Positions 26,392-37,797 of a stretch of DNA of 64,000 nt are shown here, piece by piece. The stretch covers positions 1-64,000 of the forward strand of contig JBHGNT010000090.1 of NCBI GenBank assembly GCA_043228905.1. The letters are read 5' to 3'. This DNA comes from Azolla caroliniana. Taxonomy: Eukaryota > Plantae > Polypodiophyta. The notes beneath the pieces are model-generated. The model was given only the letters and a program-made list of their open reading frames with translations. It searched no databases and was not told the origin of the DNA. A program made the position numbers and the translations under genes. Position 1 is the first letter of the stretch, and each line of letters starts with the position of its first letter.

Positions 26392-26717
26392 TAGGAGTCG
26401 GCAACGACTCGACTCAAGCCTGAATTGAGCTATTAAACTGTTTTTTAACGGTTTCAAAGCTCGGTTCGATTCAACCGGGCTTGAGGCTCCTTGACTGGTT
26501 TGAGCTCAATTTGGCAAAGCTCAAGCCGAATCAAACTGCTTAGTGCAAAAACTAGTTCCTATACCGATTAAGGCTTGAACGGTTTGGCCAAATTGGTTAC
26601 TAAACCATACCAGTTTAGTATTAACAAGTTTGACCAAACCAGTTTAGAAACCAGTTCGGTTCAAACTTGAAAACTATCAAACCGGTTAAGCTAAAACCAA
26701 ACCATCGCCGATTCTTA
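26392..26717. mobile_element. Degenerate hAT-like MITE, copy 2, opposite orientation
   Basis: Ends TAGGAGTCGGCAACG...CATCGCCGATTCTTA. Its reverse complement aligns along copy 1 (e.g. CGGTTTGA.AGTTTTCAA..TTGAACCGAACTGGTT.CTAAACT and ACCAATTTGGCCAAA). Flanks CTAGCTTT / TTAGCTAC. Confidence 0.75.
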
Positions 26718-27045
26718 TTAGCTACTTAGTTGTTGGATATCAAAGAGGCATATTATCTATTTACATTATTTTGAAAACGTTGATGCCGTGGAGCGGCCAT
26801 ATTTACCACCTTCTCTGCAACCATATTTAGACCCAACAAGAGGTGACTCGGGCAATGGCGGTGAGTTATCTATCATCTTAAATAGCTTCCACACTTTCGG
26901 GCAATTAGTCTCATTGCATACGGGATGCCCATCCCTTTCACACTTGGACACTATTTGGGCTGGATATATTACAAATTTACATCAAATCCCCTTTCACACT
27001 TGGACACACAATGTTAGTAGTGGCAGAGCCACACACTCTAAATCC

Positions 27046-29367
27046 ATGGCATTCTCCTTCGCCATCCTAACCACGACACCACCACATAATCACCCAGCCT
27101 CTCCAATTTTGTCAACTTATCCTACCTTGAGCCAGAAATCGGGACTTATCAAGGACCCATCACTACAATTGATCAGGATCGAAGATCCGTTAAGACAATT
27201 AGTCGGAAATGAGGACCCATTAAACAGATTTGCTCCAATCAATTATTCAAGTCATCAAGAAGAAGAAGCTAGTCTTGGTAATTCTGATTATGATGTTAAT
27301 TCTATCTATGAGGTTTTACAGGAGTGCATAGAGAAGAAAGATGAGGTGGGAGGAAGCCGGCTTCATGGGATCATTGTGGAATATGGTCTTGATTCCCATG
27401 CTTTCTTTGGAGCACATCTTATTCGCCTGTTCACGTCTTTCTTTTGTCTTCCTAAAGCTAAACAAGCTTTTAGAAAGATCTATGCCCCTAATGTGCATGT
27501 GTGGAGAGCTATCATCAATTCTCATTCCACACTTGGACAACATGAAGAAGCCATATCCCTATGGTTTCACCTCCTTGAGCAGCTGGAGGATCACCAAGGA
27601 TTGAGTAGCACCATGCTCAATGAGCATGTTTTGGTGGCTGCCCTCGAGTCATGTGCTTCTTCTGGAAACCTATCAGACGGCAGGACCATCCATGCCAATG
27701 CCCTTGAGTGTGGTCTTGAATCACATGTATTTGTGGCAAACACTTTGATCCACATGTATGCCAAATCTGGAAGTATGTATCATGCTAGTGTGATGTTTGA
27801 TCGCATGAATGGTGCACCCAAAGGGGATGTCGTCGCATGGAATGCTTTGCTCAGTGGTTATAATCGAAGTGGACAGGGTGAACAAGTTCTTCGAATTTTT
27901 GGTCACATGCTTGATCAGGAGATGGTACATATCAATCCAACCCAAGCTACATTTGTCTCTGTTTTGAAGGCATGTTCGATGATTGAGGATGCCGAGACTG
28001 GCAATGCTATTCATATGTATGCTATAGAGTGTGGTTTTGTGTGGGATGTGCACATAGAGAGCACTTTATTGGACATGTACGGAAAATGTGGATTGCTCGA
28101 TGATGCGAAAGCTGTATTCGAAAGAATGCCAAAGCGAACAGTTGCAACTTGGAATGCGTTCATTGCAGCAAATGTGAGAGAGGGTCATGGTCAGGAGGCA
28201 CTTACACTTCTTTCGAGAATGGAGAAAGAGCATCAAGAACCGAATGAGGTCACCTTTGCTTGCATTCTTAAAGCTTGTTGGAGTGTGGCAGCCTTAGGGC
28301 ATGGCAAACAGATTCATGTTGAGATTGTGCAAAGAGGATTTGAGTCAAACTTATTCATTTGTAGTGCTCTCATTGAGATGTATGCTATATGTGGTAGTCT
28401 TGAAGATGCATGCACGGTATTTCATAGGATGCATAACAAAGATAGTGTGGTATGGACATCCATGGTATCAGGATATGCAATAGATGGGAATCATGACATG
28501 GCCTTCAGATGCTTCTCACACATGAAACAAGTCGGCGCCCAACCGAATGGCATCACATTCCTATGCCTCCTGTCTGCTTATGGTCGATTAGGTTTGGTAC
28601 AAGAAGGATGCCAGGTCTTTAAAGAAATGAGAGAAGAGCATGGAATCTTTATGACAATTGATCATATGAACTCTATGGTGGGACTTTTTGGCCGTGCAGG
28701 TCGCTTCAACGAAGCAGAAGACCTACTTGAATGTATCCCGTATATGTCCAACCATGTGGGTTGGCGATCTTTACTAGGTTCTTGTAAGAAGCGAAAGGAC
28801 GTGAGTGTTGGGTTTCGATGCTTTAATTGGCTAGTGGCAATGGATTGTGATCATGGTGCAGCTTATATGCTTATGTCAAGCATCTATGCAAGCGTGGGAA
28901 TGCGTAATGAGGCAGTGCGAATCGAAAGAATGAGAAGATGTGCAAATGCATCCAAGAAGGCAGGCAAGGCCTTCATCGAAGTGGACATGATAGTGCATGC
29001 ATTTGGTGTGGCAGACAACTCGCATCCACAAAGTGAGCTTATTTTCAGCAAGCTCAAGGAATTGAATCTCAAGATGAAGCAAGAAGGGTATAGACCACAG
29101 GTGGAGTTGATGTTAGATCCTCAACTAATCTCAGAAAGTGATAAAGAGGATGTTTTATGTGGGCATTGTGAGCGTATGGCATTGGCATTTGGGATACTAT
29201 CAACACCTTCAGGGACAAGTATTAGGATACTCAAAAACCTTAGGATGTGTCCTGATTGCCATGGTGCCACAAAGTGTATTTCCAAGATGGAAGCACGTGA
29301 GATCTTCATTAAGGACACTTATTGCCTTCACCATTTCCAAGGAGGAGAATGCTCTTGCAAGGATTGA
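27046..29367 (+). CDS. PLS-E1-E2-DYW pentatricopeptide repeat protein, DYW:KP-like, ~773 aa; organellar RNA editing factor
   Basis: Intronless ORF with first ATG at 27046 (MAFSFAILTTT..., S/T/P-rich, transit-peptide-like). About 14 P/L/S repeats (e.g. VVAWNALLSGY, EVTFACILKAC), E1/E2, then KKAGKAFIEV, SHP, HCE, LRMCPDCH and HHFQGGECSCKD*. Confidence 0.95.
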   Translation: MAFSFAILTTTPPHNHPASPILSTYPTLSQKSGLIKDPSLQLIRIEDPLRQLVGNEDPLNRFAPINYSSHQEEEASLGNSDYDVNSIYEVLQECIEKKDEVGGSRLHGIIVEYGLDSHAFFGAHLIRLFTSFFCLPKAKQAFRKIYAPNVHVWRAIINSHSTLGQHEEAISLWFHLLEQLEDHQGLSSTMLNEHVLVAALESCASSGNLSDGRTIHANALECGLESHVFVANTLIHMYAKSGSMYHASVMFDRMNGAPKGDVVAWNALLSGYNRSGQGEQVLRIFGHMLDQEMVHINPTQATFVSVLKACSMIEDAETGNAIHMYAIECGFVWDVHIESTLLDMYGKCGLLDDAKAVFERMPKRTVATWNAFIAANVREGHGQEALTLLSRMEKEHQEPNEVTFACILKACWSVAALGHGKQIHVEIVQRGFESNLFICSALIEMYAICGSLEDACTVFHRMHNKDSVVWTSMVSGYAIDGNHDMAFRCFSHMKQVGAQPNGITFLCLLSAYGRLGLVQEGCQVFKEMREEHGIFMTIDHMNSMVGLFGRAGRFNEAEDLLECIPYMSNHVGWRSLLGSCKKRKDVSVGFRCFNWLVAMDCDHGAAYMLMSSIYASVGMRNEAVRIERMRRCANASKKAGKAFIEVDMIVHAFGVADNSHPQSELIFSKLKELNLKMKQEGYRPQVELMLDPQLISESDKEDVLCGHCERMALAFGILSTPSGTSIRILKNLRMCPDCHGATKCISKMEAREIFIKDTYCLHHFQGGECSCKD

Positions 29368-30149
29368 TGGCCAGTATGTCAAATATGTTTATGAGCTATG
29401 TCCATAAGGTTCCTTCAAAAGAGTAACATGATTGGATATTCATATGGCCACAATGGCACATGACTTCCAGGGATAAATGATTAGCATATTGAATTTGTAT
29501 TAACTATGCCCATAAAATTGAGTCCACAAATGAAGATTATTGGATTAGCCAAATGGCCGCATTGGCACAATGCAATCCGACTTGTTGAATAACAAGATCT
29601 CAGAGATGCAGCATGGTTTGGGGCTGGTTCGATTACTTATTTCAAAGTTTCTTAAAAAACACAATTCTCACTAAAAGGTATGAGTATGCCAAGATTATTG
29701 GTTCACAATGGACGGATAATTTGAGCTGAAAAATAGGGAGGTGGCAAAAATGCCCATGTGATGAGCACAAATAACTCTTCAAGATCATTGTTTAGTTGAA
29801 ACTTGTGTGACATATGATTATGTTGTATTTTGTGTTTGCCTATTGAACTTCTAATTGGCGTCCACTCCAGGATGGTTAAAGGTGCATCATGTCTTTGTTG
29901 CTGTTCAACACCATTTGTCATTGAGGTGGGAGACCCTTGGCTGATTGATGTGAACCTCATTTTGAGAAACAAAATGCAAATTTCATGATGCCTCTAGAGA
30001 ATGAGGAGAATGGATAGAGAGAAATTTTAATTTATCTATAGCCACGCTGACAAATGCACATACTGTGATTACATTATAGAACGTTCTGTATTAGAATGAT
30101 ATATAATGGCTATAAATGGCCTATGCAAAAGTAAACAAAATAGTTAATA

Positions 30150-31800
30150 TCATGTGAAATATTCATACCAATTAATTACATTGTGGCGCCATGGAAGTTT
30201 GGGTTTTGGTATTGCATTTGTAAGAATATCAACAACTTCTTTATTTGTAGGGGTGTCTAGTTGTAGAGTAGTGTTGTTTTGACGCTTATAAGATAAGCTG
30301 ACTGTACTTGTTGATTTGACATTTGTCAATGCTTTCTGGGATTAGAGTATCCCAAAGTAGCTTCTTGGGATCAGGGCATCCCAATGTAGCAGAAATCAGT
30401 TCTAGTACAAGATATAGTAAACTGCCTAACTTTTTTCTGCAAGGATGATTTACCATCTCCTTTATCTCTTCAGGGTCCTTTGGTGCCACATCAGAGCTAA
30501 GAGAAAGAGTTGGATCAACAGGTTCATACAGGTGATCTTCCTATGCTCATCATTTCTTTAAACTTTCTTTGGCATGGCTGTGCGCTTTCATCTAGATCTT
30601 GTAAGTTAAACTCAATGCCTAATATGTAGCGGAGTGCAAGTTTTACTGGTATGCTCCAATGTGATTTACCTGCAATCTAAATTCTTGGAGATTGCTTCAA
30701 TTCATATAAGGTTTTCTTCAGGACACAAACATAATTAGGATGCTTGCAGGTATCCTTGAAGTACTTGGTTGCTCAGTGTAGATAGGTTGGCCTAAATCAC
30801 CATTAAGGCAAGTTGTTTTTATATTATCAATTATGGTGGATATGCTGTTCTATTTAGGTAGCTACATCTACACTTGCGATGATGAGCATTGGTGAGAAGG
30901 TTTCATGAAAGTGGGAACATGCTAGTGGTTTTGGGTGCAAAGTTGATTGGGAATGGAATGCAAAGGTAGTGAGATATTAGGCAGTGTAGTATGTAGGTTC
31001 CAGAAAACTTGAAGGATGTTGTGAATTAATTCAAGAGTAGTTATTGGAATATCTGGTAGAGTTGTCAACACTAAGTTATGTGGCGGATGATAGATATCTA
31101 ATGCATAATCTAAATTAGAATCGTCTTCATCGATGATTGGATAATGTGAATGATTATCAAAGGTGTTGTGGTTGGAGAAGTTGTGTGTAGATGGCAATAA
31201 AACCTAACTTTCAAAGAAATGCAACTTCAGCTAAATTGGAACTTATAGTTGGATTGTAAGCTTTAGCATGGAACAAGTAATATCCATAAGTCTCTTATAC
31301 TTTCCTCCACCCTACCCATTTTGTTGAGGATTAATATAATGAGATACAGATTACTGGTGAAATATTCATGAGTTTGTATGACTTTGTCATAGTTTTCTGA
31401 AGTGAAATTGCCACCATTACCACTTCATACAATTTTGATTCTTCAATTTACTTGCTTTCCAACCAAGTTTTCGTACATTGAGGAGTGGGATTGAATTTCA
31501 GTTTTCTTGTGAAGACAGATAATGATAGCAAAGTGGGAAAAACCATGAAGGGAAGTGAGGAAGTGCAATATAGCTTCTATTTGAAATAAGATGGGCATAT
31601 ATAGGTATGCATAGATTTGTGTATGAGTGGACTGGGAGTGTGATAAAGCATATGGATGAGATGCCCTTCTTTTCTAAATTAGAGACAACCTTCAAAGAAA
31701 TACAAGTGGGTTAAAGATCCAATTATTCCATTTGCAAGGTCTTGTTTTCAGATATTACGTGTGGGTCGCCTAACCTAAAACTGCAATTTGTGGTGTTCTA
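30150..31800 (-). mobile_element. Highly decayed Copia pol relic
   Basis: Minus-strand fragments in Copia order: integrase-like GNGGNFTS (~31410), RT-like PEEIKEMVNHPCRKKLGSLLYL (30286-30489 ORF) and RNase H-like QNPNFHGAT (~30190). Many stops; boundaries approximate. Confidence 0.55.
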
Positions 31801-33954
31801 AATTGCATTGTGGAGGGTTCAATCCCTTTCCAGCTAGTGTCTTGGTTGGGTCGTTTACAATAGCTGCAAAAGGATGTTTTTTGTGGTTATTGTTGTTGGG
31901 TGGGTCTTATCGGTTTGTTGTCCAGGTATTAACGGTTTAATTTTTGGATATTGGCAGTGAATGAATGGCGTGGCGTTGTGATTGGAAACTGCTGTTTGGT
32001 CTCTTGTGGCGGTGTTGTTGCTAAGTTTGGAGGAAGATGGTTTTGCTTCATTTCATTCCTTTTTGTTGATCATGAAAAGCATTGTTTCTGCAGGAATGAA
32101 AGCATCAAGATTCTTCTAAGAATGTCAGACATGAATGATTAGAATAGACTGGAAGATGTGTGATCATCAACTCTCTCGAGTGCCTATGCTCGTTCCTCCA
32201 CATCCATCCATACATACATATTGGATCCTAAGCTATAGAACGAGTGGATTTATGAAGAAAATTAAGGGATGAGAGATGTAGTCTCTCTTCTTCTTCTTTT
32301 TCGTAAATAATGGCTTTCATTCCGAAAGAAAAACCACCACCATGACTAACTTACTACAAAAGTATAGAACTCTTGTATCTATCTATCTATCTAGGGATCT
32401 AAAGAGTACTACGACTCCAAACTCAATGTCACCCTACACACCAATTCAAATGGCGAAAATGATGATATGTAACCTTGCAGAGTTCTCTCTCTTCCTGGTT
32501 GAGATGTATTCTCTCTCTCTATCATAGTAAGGTCTAACTCTATAGTGTTCATTATATTGTCTGCATTTGGTAATATAATTGAATCCTCCTCTCATTTCAA
32601 GTTGTTCTATTGCAACACCATTGCATTAAGTCACACATTTGTGGTGGTGCATTCCCCTCTTAAGTTTTCCTAACCAATATTCTTACAAACTATCATGATG
32701 ATCAATGGTTTTTCTTAGTGGGTCGATGGAGTACCAAAAGTTAGCCAAAATACGATGTCGGCTTCTCTAGAAAAAGTGAAGCACGAATGAACAACCTAGG
32801 AAACAAATGTTTCACCACCATGCATGTCAATGAATAATGCTAAAAAAGATGTGAATCACATGAAGTTTGATCATGGTCAAAGCCACCATTGGACTCTAGC
32901 TCCTACTATTCCTTTTACACATAAAAACATGCGCATAATAATTGTATTTTATGTGATTGTTTGGAAAGGTGTGAATTGCATGATTTTAACTTGACGAAGA
33001 TGTCAAGTTGGCCTGGTCACATTTTTCTCTTACGAAAGTATGTACTTGAAAGCCGATTTCAACATTCCAACTATATATTATTTATGCAATGCGCATGTTT
33101 TTTTGTTTGATTGAAACGAGTCAAAGGTCTAATAATTCAAATTTATTTTACCATTTTTAGCCAAGACATAAACTCTTATTGGGAATCTTCCAACATCCAC
33201 TAAGTATGACTTGGGAAGTTATGGGTTCGAGAAGTAAAGAAGTAGGGCATAAACAGAAGTTGAAATGGCCATATCATGTCACAAATTGATTATTCTACGA
33301 AGAGCAGATGCCAGAGAGCACTAGTAGGAGAAGGGGTAAGACCCTCTATAGAAGTTTCCCAATGAGGAAACCTCCCAAACTTTCGAAAAGGAGTATATAT
33401 AGCGCAAAAAATGCTTAGGGCTAATCATTTTCACATGCTACCAATAACTTAAGAGTTTGAGTATAAGGTAATTGCTAGGAGAGATCTGGAAAATGAATGA
33501 GATACTTGTGAGTGAGGGAGAAAGACTTGTTGGTCTACAAGACTTCTGGGAGTAGTCCTTTCGAGTGTAAACCTGAATGATGAAGACGAATATTTGCAAG
33601 TTAATGCGAATGAAATTAACAAGTGATGTTGGACCAAGAAAAGCAACATTAAAGCACATTATTAATTTATATGTCCTCTCCATTCATATTCAACCTTAGT
33701 TCACGCGAGTATCCATCGGGTTGAAGGGAGGGAGGGAAGGGTTGTTTCCAAGACGCAACGAACATCATCATCATCGGTCTGTGAGAAACAAAAAGCAAAA
33801 AAGCATGAGCAGTATTAACAATATGTACATATATGTATGTGAATGAAAGAATGAACATTTCACAAAAATGAGTGTAAAATCACAGGTTAAATAACACCCC
33901 GCCTCACCAGCCCCCCAACACTAACCAACCAAACAAGAAGAAGGATGATTAAGG

Positions 33955-33985
33955 TTAGGGTTAGGGTTAGGGTTAGGGTTAAGGG
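33955..33985 (+). repeat. (TTAGGG)4 plus TTAAGGG telomere-like tract upstream of PHT3
   Basis: Four perfect TTAGGG units at 33955-33978, followed by TTAAGGG. Confidence 0.9.
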
Positions 33986-34421
33986 AAAGGTTTAAAAATA
34001 AAAATAGAAAACAAAGAAGTAGGAAGAGAGGGAAGAAGCCAAAGAAGAAAAGAGAAGGCAAGAAAGTAGGAGGCAAAAAAGAAAAGGCAAGAAAAATAAA
34101 GGAAGGAATAAATAACTAAATAATTAATAATTAATAATAATAAAGGGACTCTCTTCCTTAGGGCTAAAACCTAACTATCGTCAGAGAAGGGAAGCCAAGC
34201 AGAAACACAAACAGAGAGAGAGAGAGAGAAAAGAGAGAGAAGACAGAGTCACAGTCACAGACAGACACACAGAGAGAAAGAGAGAGAGAGAGACAGAGCT
34301 TAATCATCATCACACAGAGAGAGGAAAGAAACAACTGCAAGCAGCAGCGGAAGAAGAAGAAGAAGAAAGCAACACACACTTAGAATTGCTTCTTTCTTCT
34401 TCTTCTCCTAGACAGACAGCG

Positions 34422-37400
34422 ATGGCTCCCTCCGACAAGAGATCTTCGTCTCCCTTGATCCCTAGCAGCCTCTACGCATACAGTGCAAGGAGGATCGGCG
34501 GCGGCGGCGGAGGAGGATATGGCGCAATCGCAGCATTCCGACCTCCTTCAGTCGCCTCTTCTTTCTCTTCTCCTTCTCCTTCTCCTTCTCCTTCTCCATC
34601 TCCTCCTTCTCCTTCCACTCGCTTCGCTATTGCTGCTCCAAGCGAACCAGCGGTAGGGAAGAAGATCACCATGTATTCCCCTGAGTTCTATGCCGTATGC
34701 ACGGTTGGAGGGATCCTGAGCTGTGGCCTCACCCACATGGCCGTCACCCCCCTCGATCTTGTCAAATGCAACATGCAGGTCAGTTTGTCTTCGTATGTGC
34801 TCTCGCCCTGTTTGTGCTCAAATCTGTTTTCCTTTTGCGATGGTTTTGACGTGATATGATTCCAGATCCGTGTCTTAGGGGGTTTGAACTCCTCTGTTTT
34901 TGCATCTTCTAGGGTTTTCTTTTGTATTTTGGGCTCGTTTCCCTTTTTTCTCTTTGCACATCTCATAGTATTTCTTATCTATCCGTCTACTTTGTAAGCT
35001 AATACCAAATTAGAGACTCAAAATCTTCTATATTTTTGGGCCTTTTGTTCATTCTAGATCAGTCTTTTGGTCTGTCTAGTACGTTATTGAGGATATGCTT
35101 GAGTGGTTGGTAGGATGTGCGCCATTTGTTAGGATTCGGAGTATATGGTGAGGTGACTCAAAGGATGCCTGCCAAGGATTAAGGGTCTGAATATGTGTTA
35201 TGGTGTTTCAAGAACTTCTCTCAATGATTAGCATTTTTGTATGTAAGTTTAGCCTTCTGACGACTGTTTGTTTCACGGGTTTAGTTGGAAAATGATTTGT
35301 GGTTTATAGAAATCTGTGTATTAGTAGCCATTTTCCTGTAGCATTAGGTTTGTCTTATTTTAGTATATTGATATCTTATTTGAGAGTCACCTTTTCATTG
35401 ATTACTCTCAATTTTTCTATATTAGTATTTACTGTATTTCGTTGTATGCAAGGTGTTTTTTTAAAGTGTTCATATCACACCATAGGGTTTTCCTTTAAAT
35501 GCTAGGAACGTTTTTAAAGTGTTTATTATTGTTCTCTATAGTACCGTATTTATCTGTGTCCTTTTGGGCGATATCAAAAACAAAACTTGATCTTTTTTTT
35601 TACTGTTTTGATGTATTTAGTGTTTCCATTAGACCCTCAGATAGTTGAAAGAAGCTTTCCTGTATACAGTGGGATATCTGAAAAGAAGATCTTCTATTGA
35701 GTTCCGAATATTTTACAAAAATTACTGCTGTTTGTTTGGGATTGCGCTGTAAGAAAGTTGTTTTTAAAGTATGCATGCCTGTAGACATTCGATCCTTTTT
35801 GTAAATGTTGCAGATAGATCCAGTAAAATACAAGACAATTGGTAGTGGCTTTGGCATTCTATTGAAAGAACAAGGACCCAAGGGATTCTTCCGAGGATGG
35901 GTACCCACTCTATTAGGCTACAGTGCCCAAGGAGCATGCAAATTTGGCTTTTATGAGTACTTCAAGAAGTACTATGCTGATCTTGCTGGTCCTGAGAATG
36001 CTGAGAAGTACAAGACTTTGATCTATTTGGCAGGGTCAGCCTCAGCTGAGTTCATTGCGGATCTCGCTCTATGTCCTTTTGAGGCTGTCAAAGTTCGAGT
36101 CCAGACCCAACCAGGATTTGCCCGAGGATTGTCAGATGGTTTCCCCAAGTTTGTTGCTTCTGAGGGTTATGCCGGGTATGTCTTTTCACGTTCTGCTGTA
36201 ATCAACTGAGAATACAATGTACATAACACCATAATACCAGAACACCAGAATACAATGTACAGAACATAGTACCTTTAACAGTGAATTAACAAAATAAATG
36301 CCAAGAATATCACCATCCTTTTAGATATACTAGAATATTTTAAACCCTCTTGTCTCTGAAAGAGACCTGAATATATGTTGTAGTACGAAAATGCCTTTTA
36401 CTACCGAAGAGTAGCCTAATAAACTTGATTCTTTATTGTTGTAAACTTTAGTGAGCGTGTACACAATTTAGTCTTGTTTTTATAAGTCAAACTTTGTGGA
36501 TATTTACCAGAATCTGTAACTATGAGGATATTTATGATGGTTGCTGTCAGATCATCTCTCTACAGTAATGAACTCTAATATACTTTATAGTATTCTAATG
36601 TCTTAGAAGCTTAGGGCATATTTTAGTAAATGCCGTACAAGTTAGGGGTATTTTTCCAATATACAAGTTCATAATACCTCATTCATATAATTGGTTAACT
36701 CATACTTATAAACATTGTTTATAGAAGTCCCTCTATGTTTGTTTCTTTGTTGCTAAAAAAAATTGTTGTTACTGGGTATTTGATGATTTTGTATTTGAAT
36801 TTTTTTGGCAGGTTATACAAGGGCCTTGTACCGCTATGGGGCAGACAGATTCCTTGTAAGTATATAAGATGTAGTTAGCCTTTTTGTCTCCATTGATTGC
36901 TATTTTTCTATTCAGTTCTGGAAATTCTGGCATCTGTTCTTCCCATTTATTGTCAATTTTGTGGAGTCTTGGTTTTGCTTTCTCGCTGGACAAGTATGAA
37001 GACTTGATAATGCTGAATGCAGACACAATGATGAAGTTTGCAAGCTTTGAGAAGACCGTGGAGTTGCTTTACCAACATGTTGTGCCAATCCCTAAAAATG
37101 AATGCTCGAAGACTACCCAGTTGGGGGTTAGTTTTGCTGGAGGCTACATTGCTGGAGTCTTTTGTGCTATTGTGTCTCATCCTGCTGATAATCTTGTCTC
37201 CTTCTTGAACAATTCAAAGGGTGCTACTGTTGGCGATGTAAGTTATTGAAATCTTTACTCTTTGGGTTCCCTTTGGCTATTTATTTTGTAACTTGCCTAA
37301 CTTTTGTAGTAATCTAATTATGGTTGTTGTTGTTCACATTTGCTTTTCTATCTGAAGGCTGTAAAGAAGATGGGCCTTATGGGATTGTTCACCCGAGGGC

Positions 37401-37797
37401 TGCCTCTTCGAATTGTCATGATTGGTACTTTGACTGGTGCACAATGGGGAATTTACGATGCCTTCAAAGTGTTTGTGGGATTGTAAGTGTTTCTTACGTT
37501 GTTTCCAATTTCTTTTGATGCTGCTCTATGCATGGCTGTTTGTCCAGATTGCATATTCTTTTTTAAGTATTTCAGAGTCTCAGGTAAAGGCAAATGGCTC
37601 TCTAGAGCACATCTAATTCATTTATAGGCATTCTGAATAGATAAATATGTGCTCTAGACAGACGAAGTTGTTATTGTCTCTGACTTAACACAAAATGGAA
37701 GAATTATCTAGTGTTCTTTTGCAAGGAACTTTTGGCCTCATCTAAGCTGCCTTCTCTGAATTTCAGGCCAACTACTGGAGGTGTTGCGAAGAAATAA
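34422..37797 (+). CDS. PHT3: Mitochondrial phosphate carrier (PHT3/MPT, SLC25A3 family), ~377 aa
   Basis: Exons 34422-34778, 35814-36175, 36812-36855, 37023-37237, 37358-37482 and 37767-37797 (1134 nt, GT-AG). Carrier signatures [22 protein letters not shown] and HPADNLVS; also [27 protein letters not shown] and GLPTTGG. Confidence 0.97.

Noticed and set aside
26788-27045. 86-codon N-terminal extension of the PPR ORF in the ORF track
   Set aside because: It starts at GTG; the first ATG (27046) gives a plausible transit-peptide-like N-terminus.
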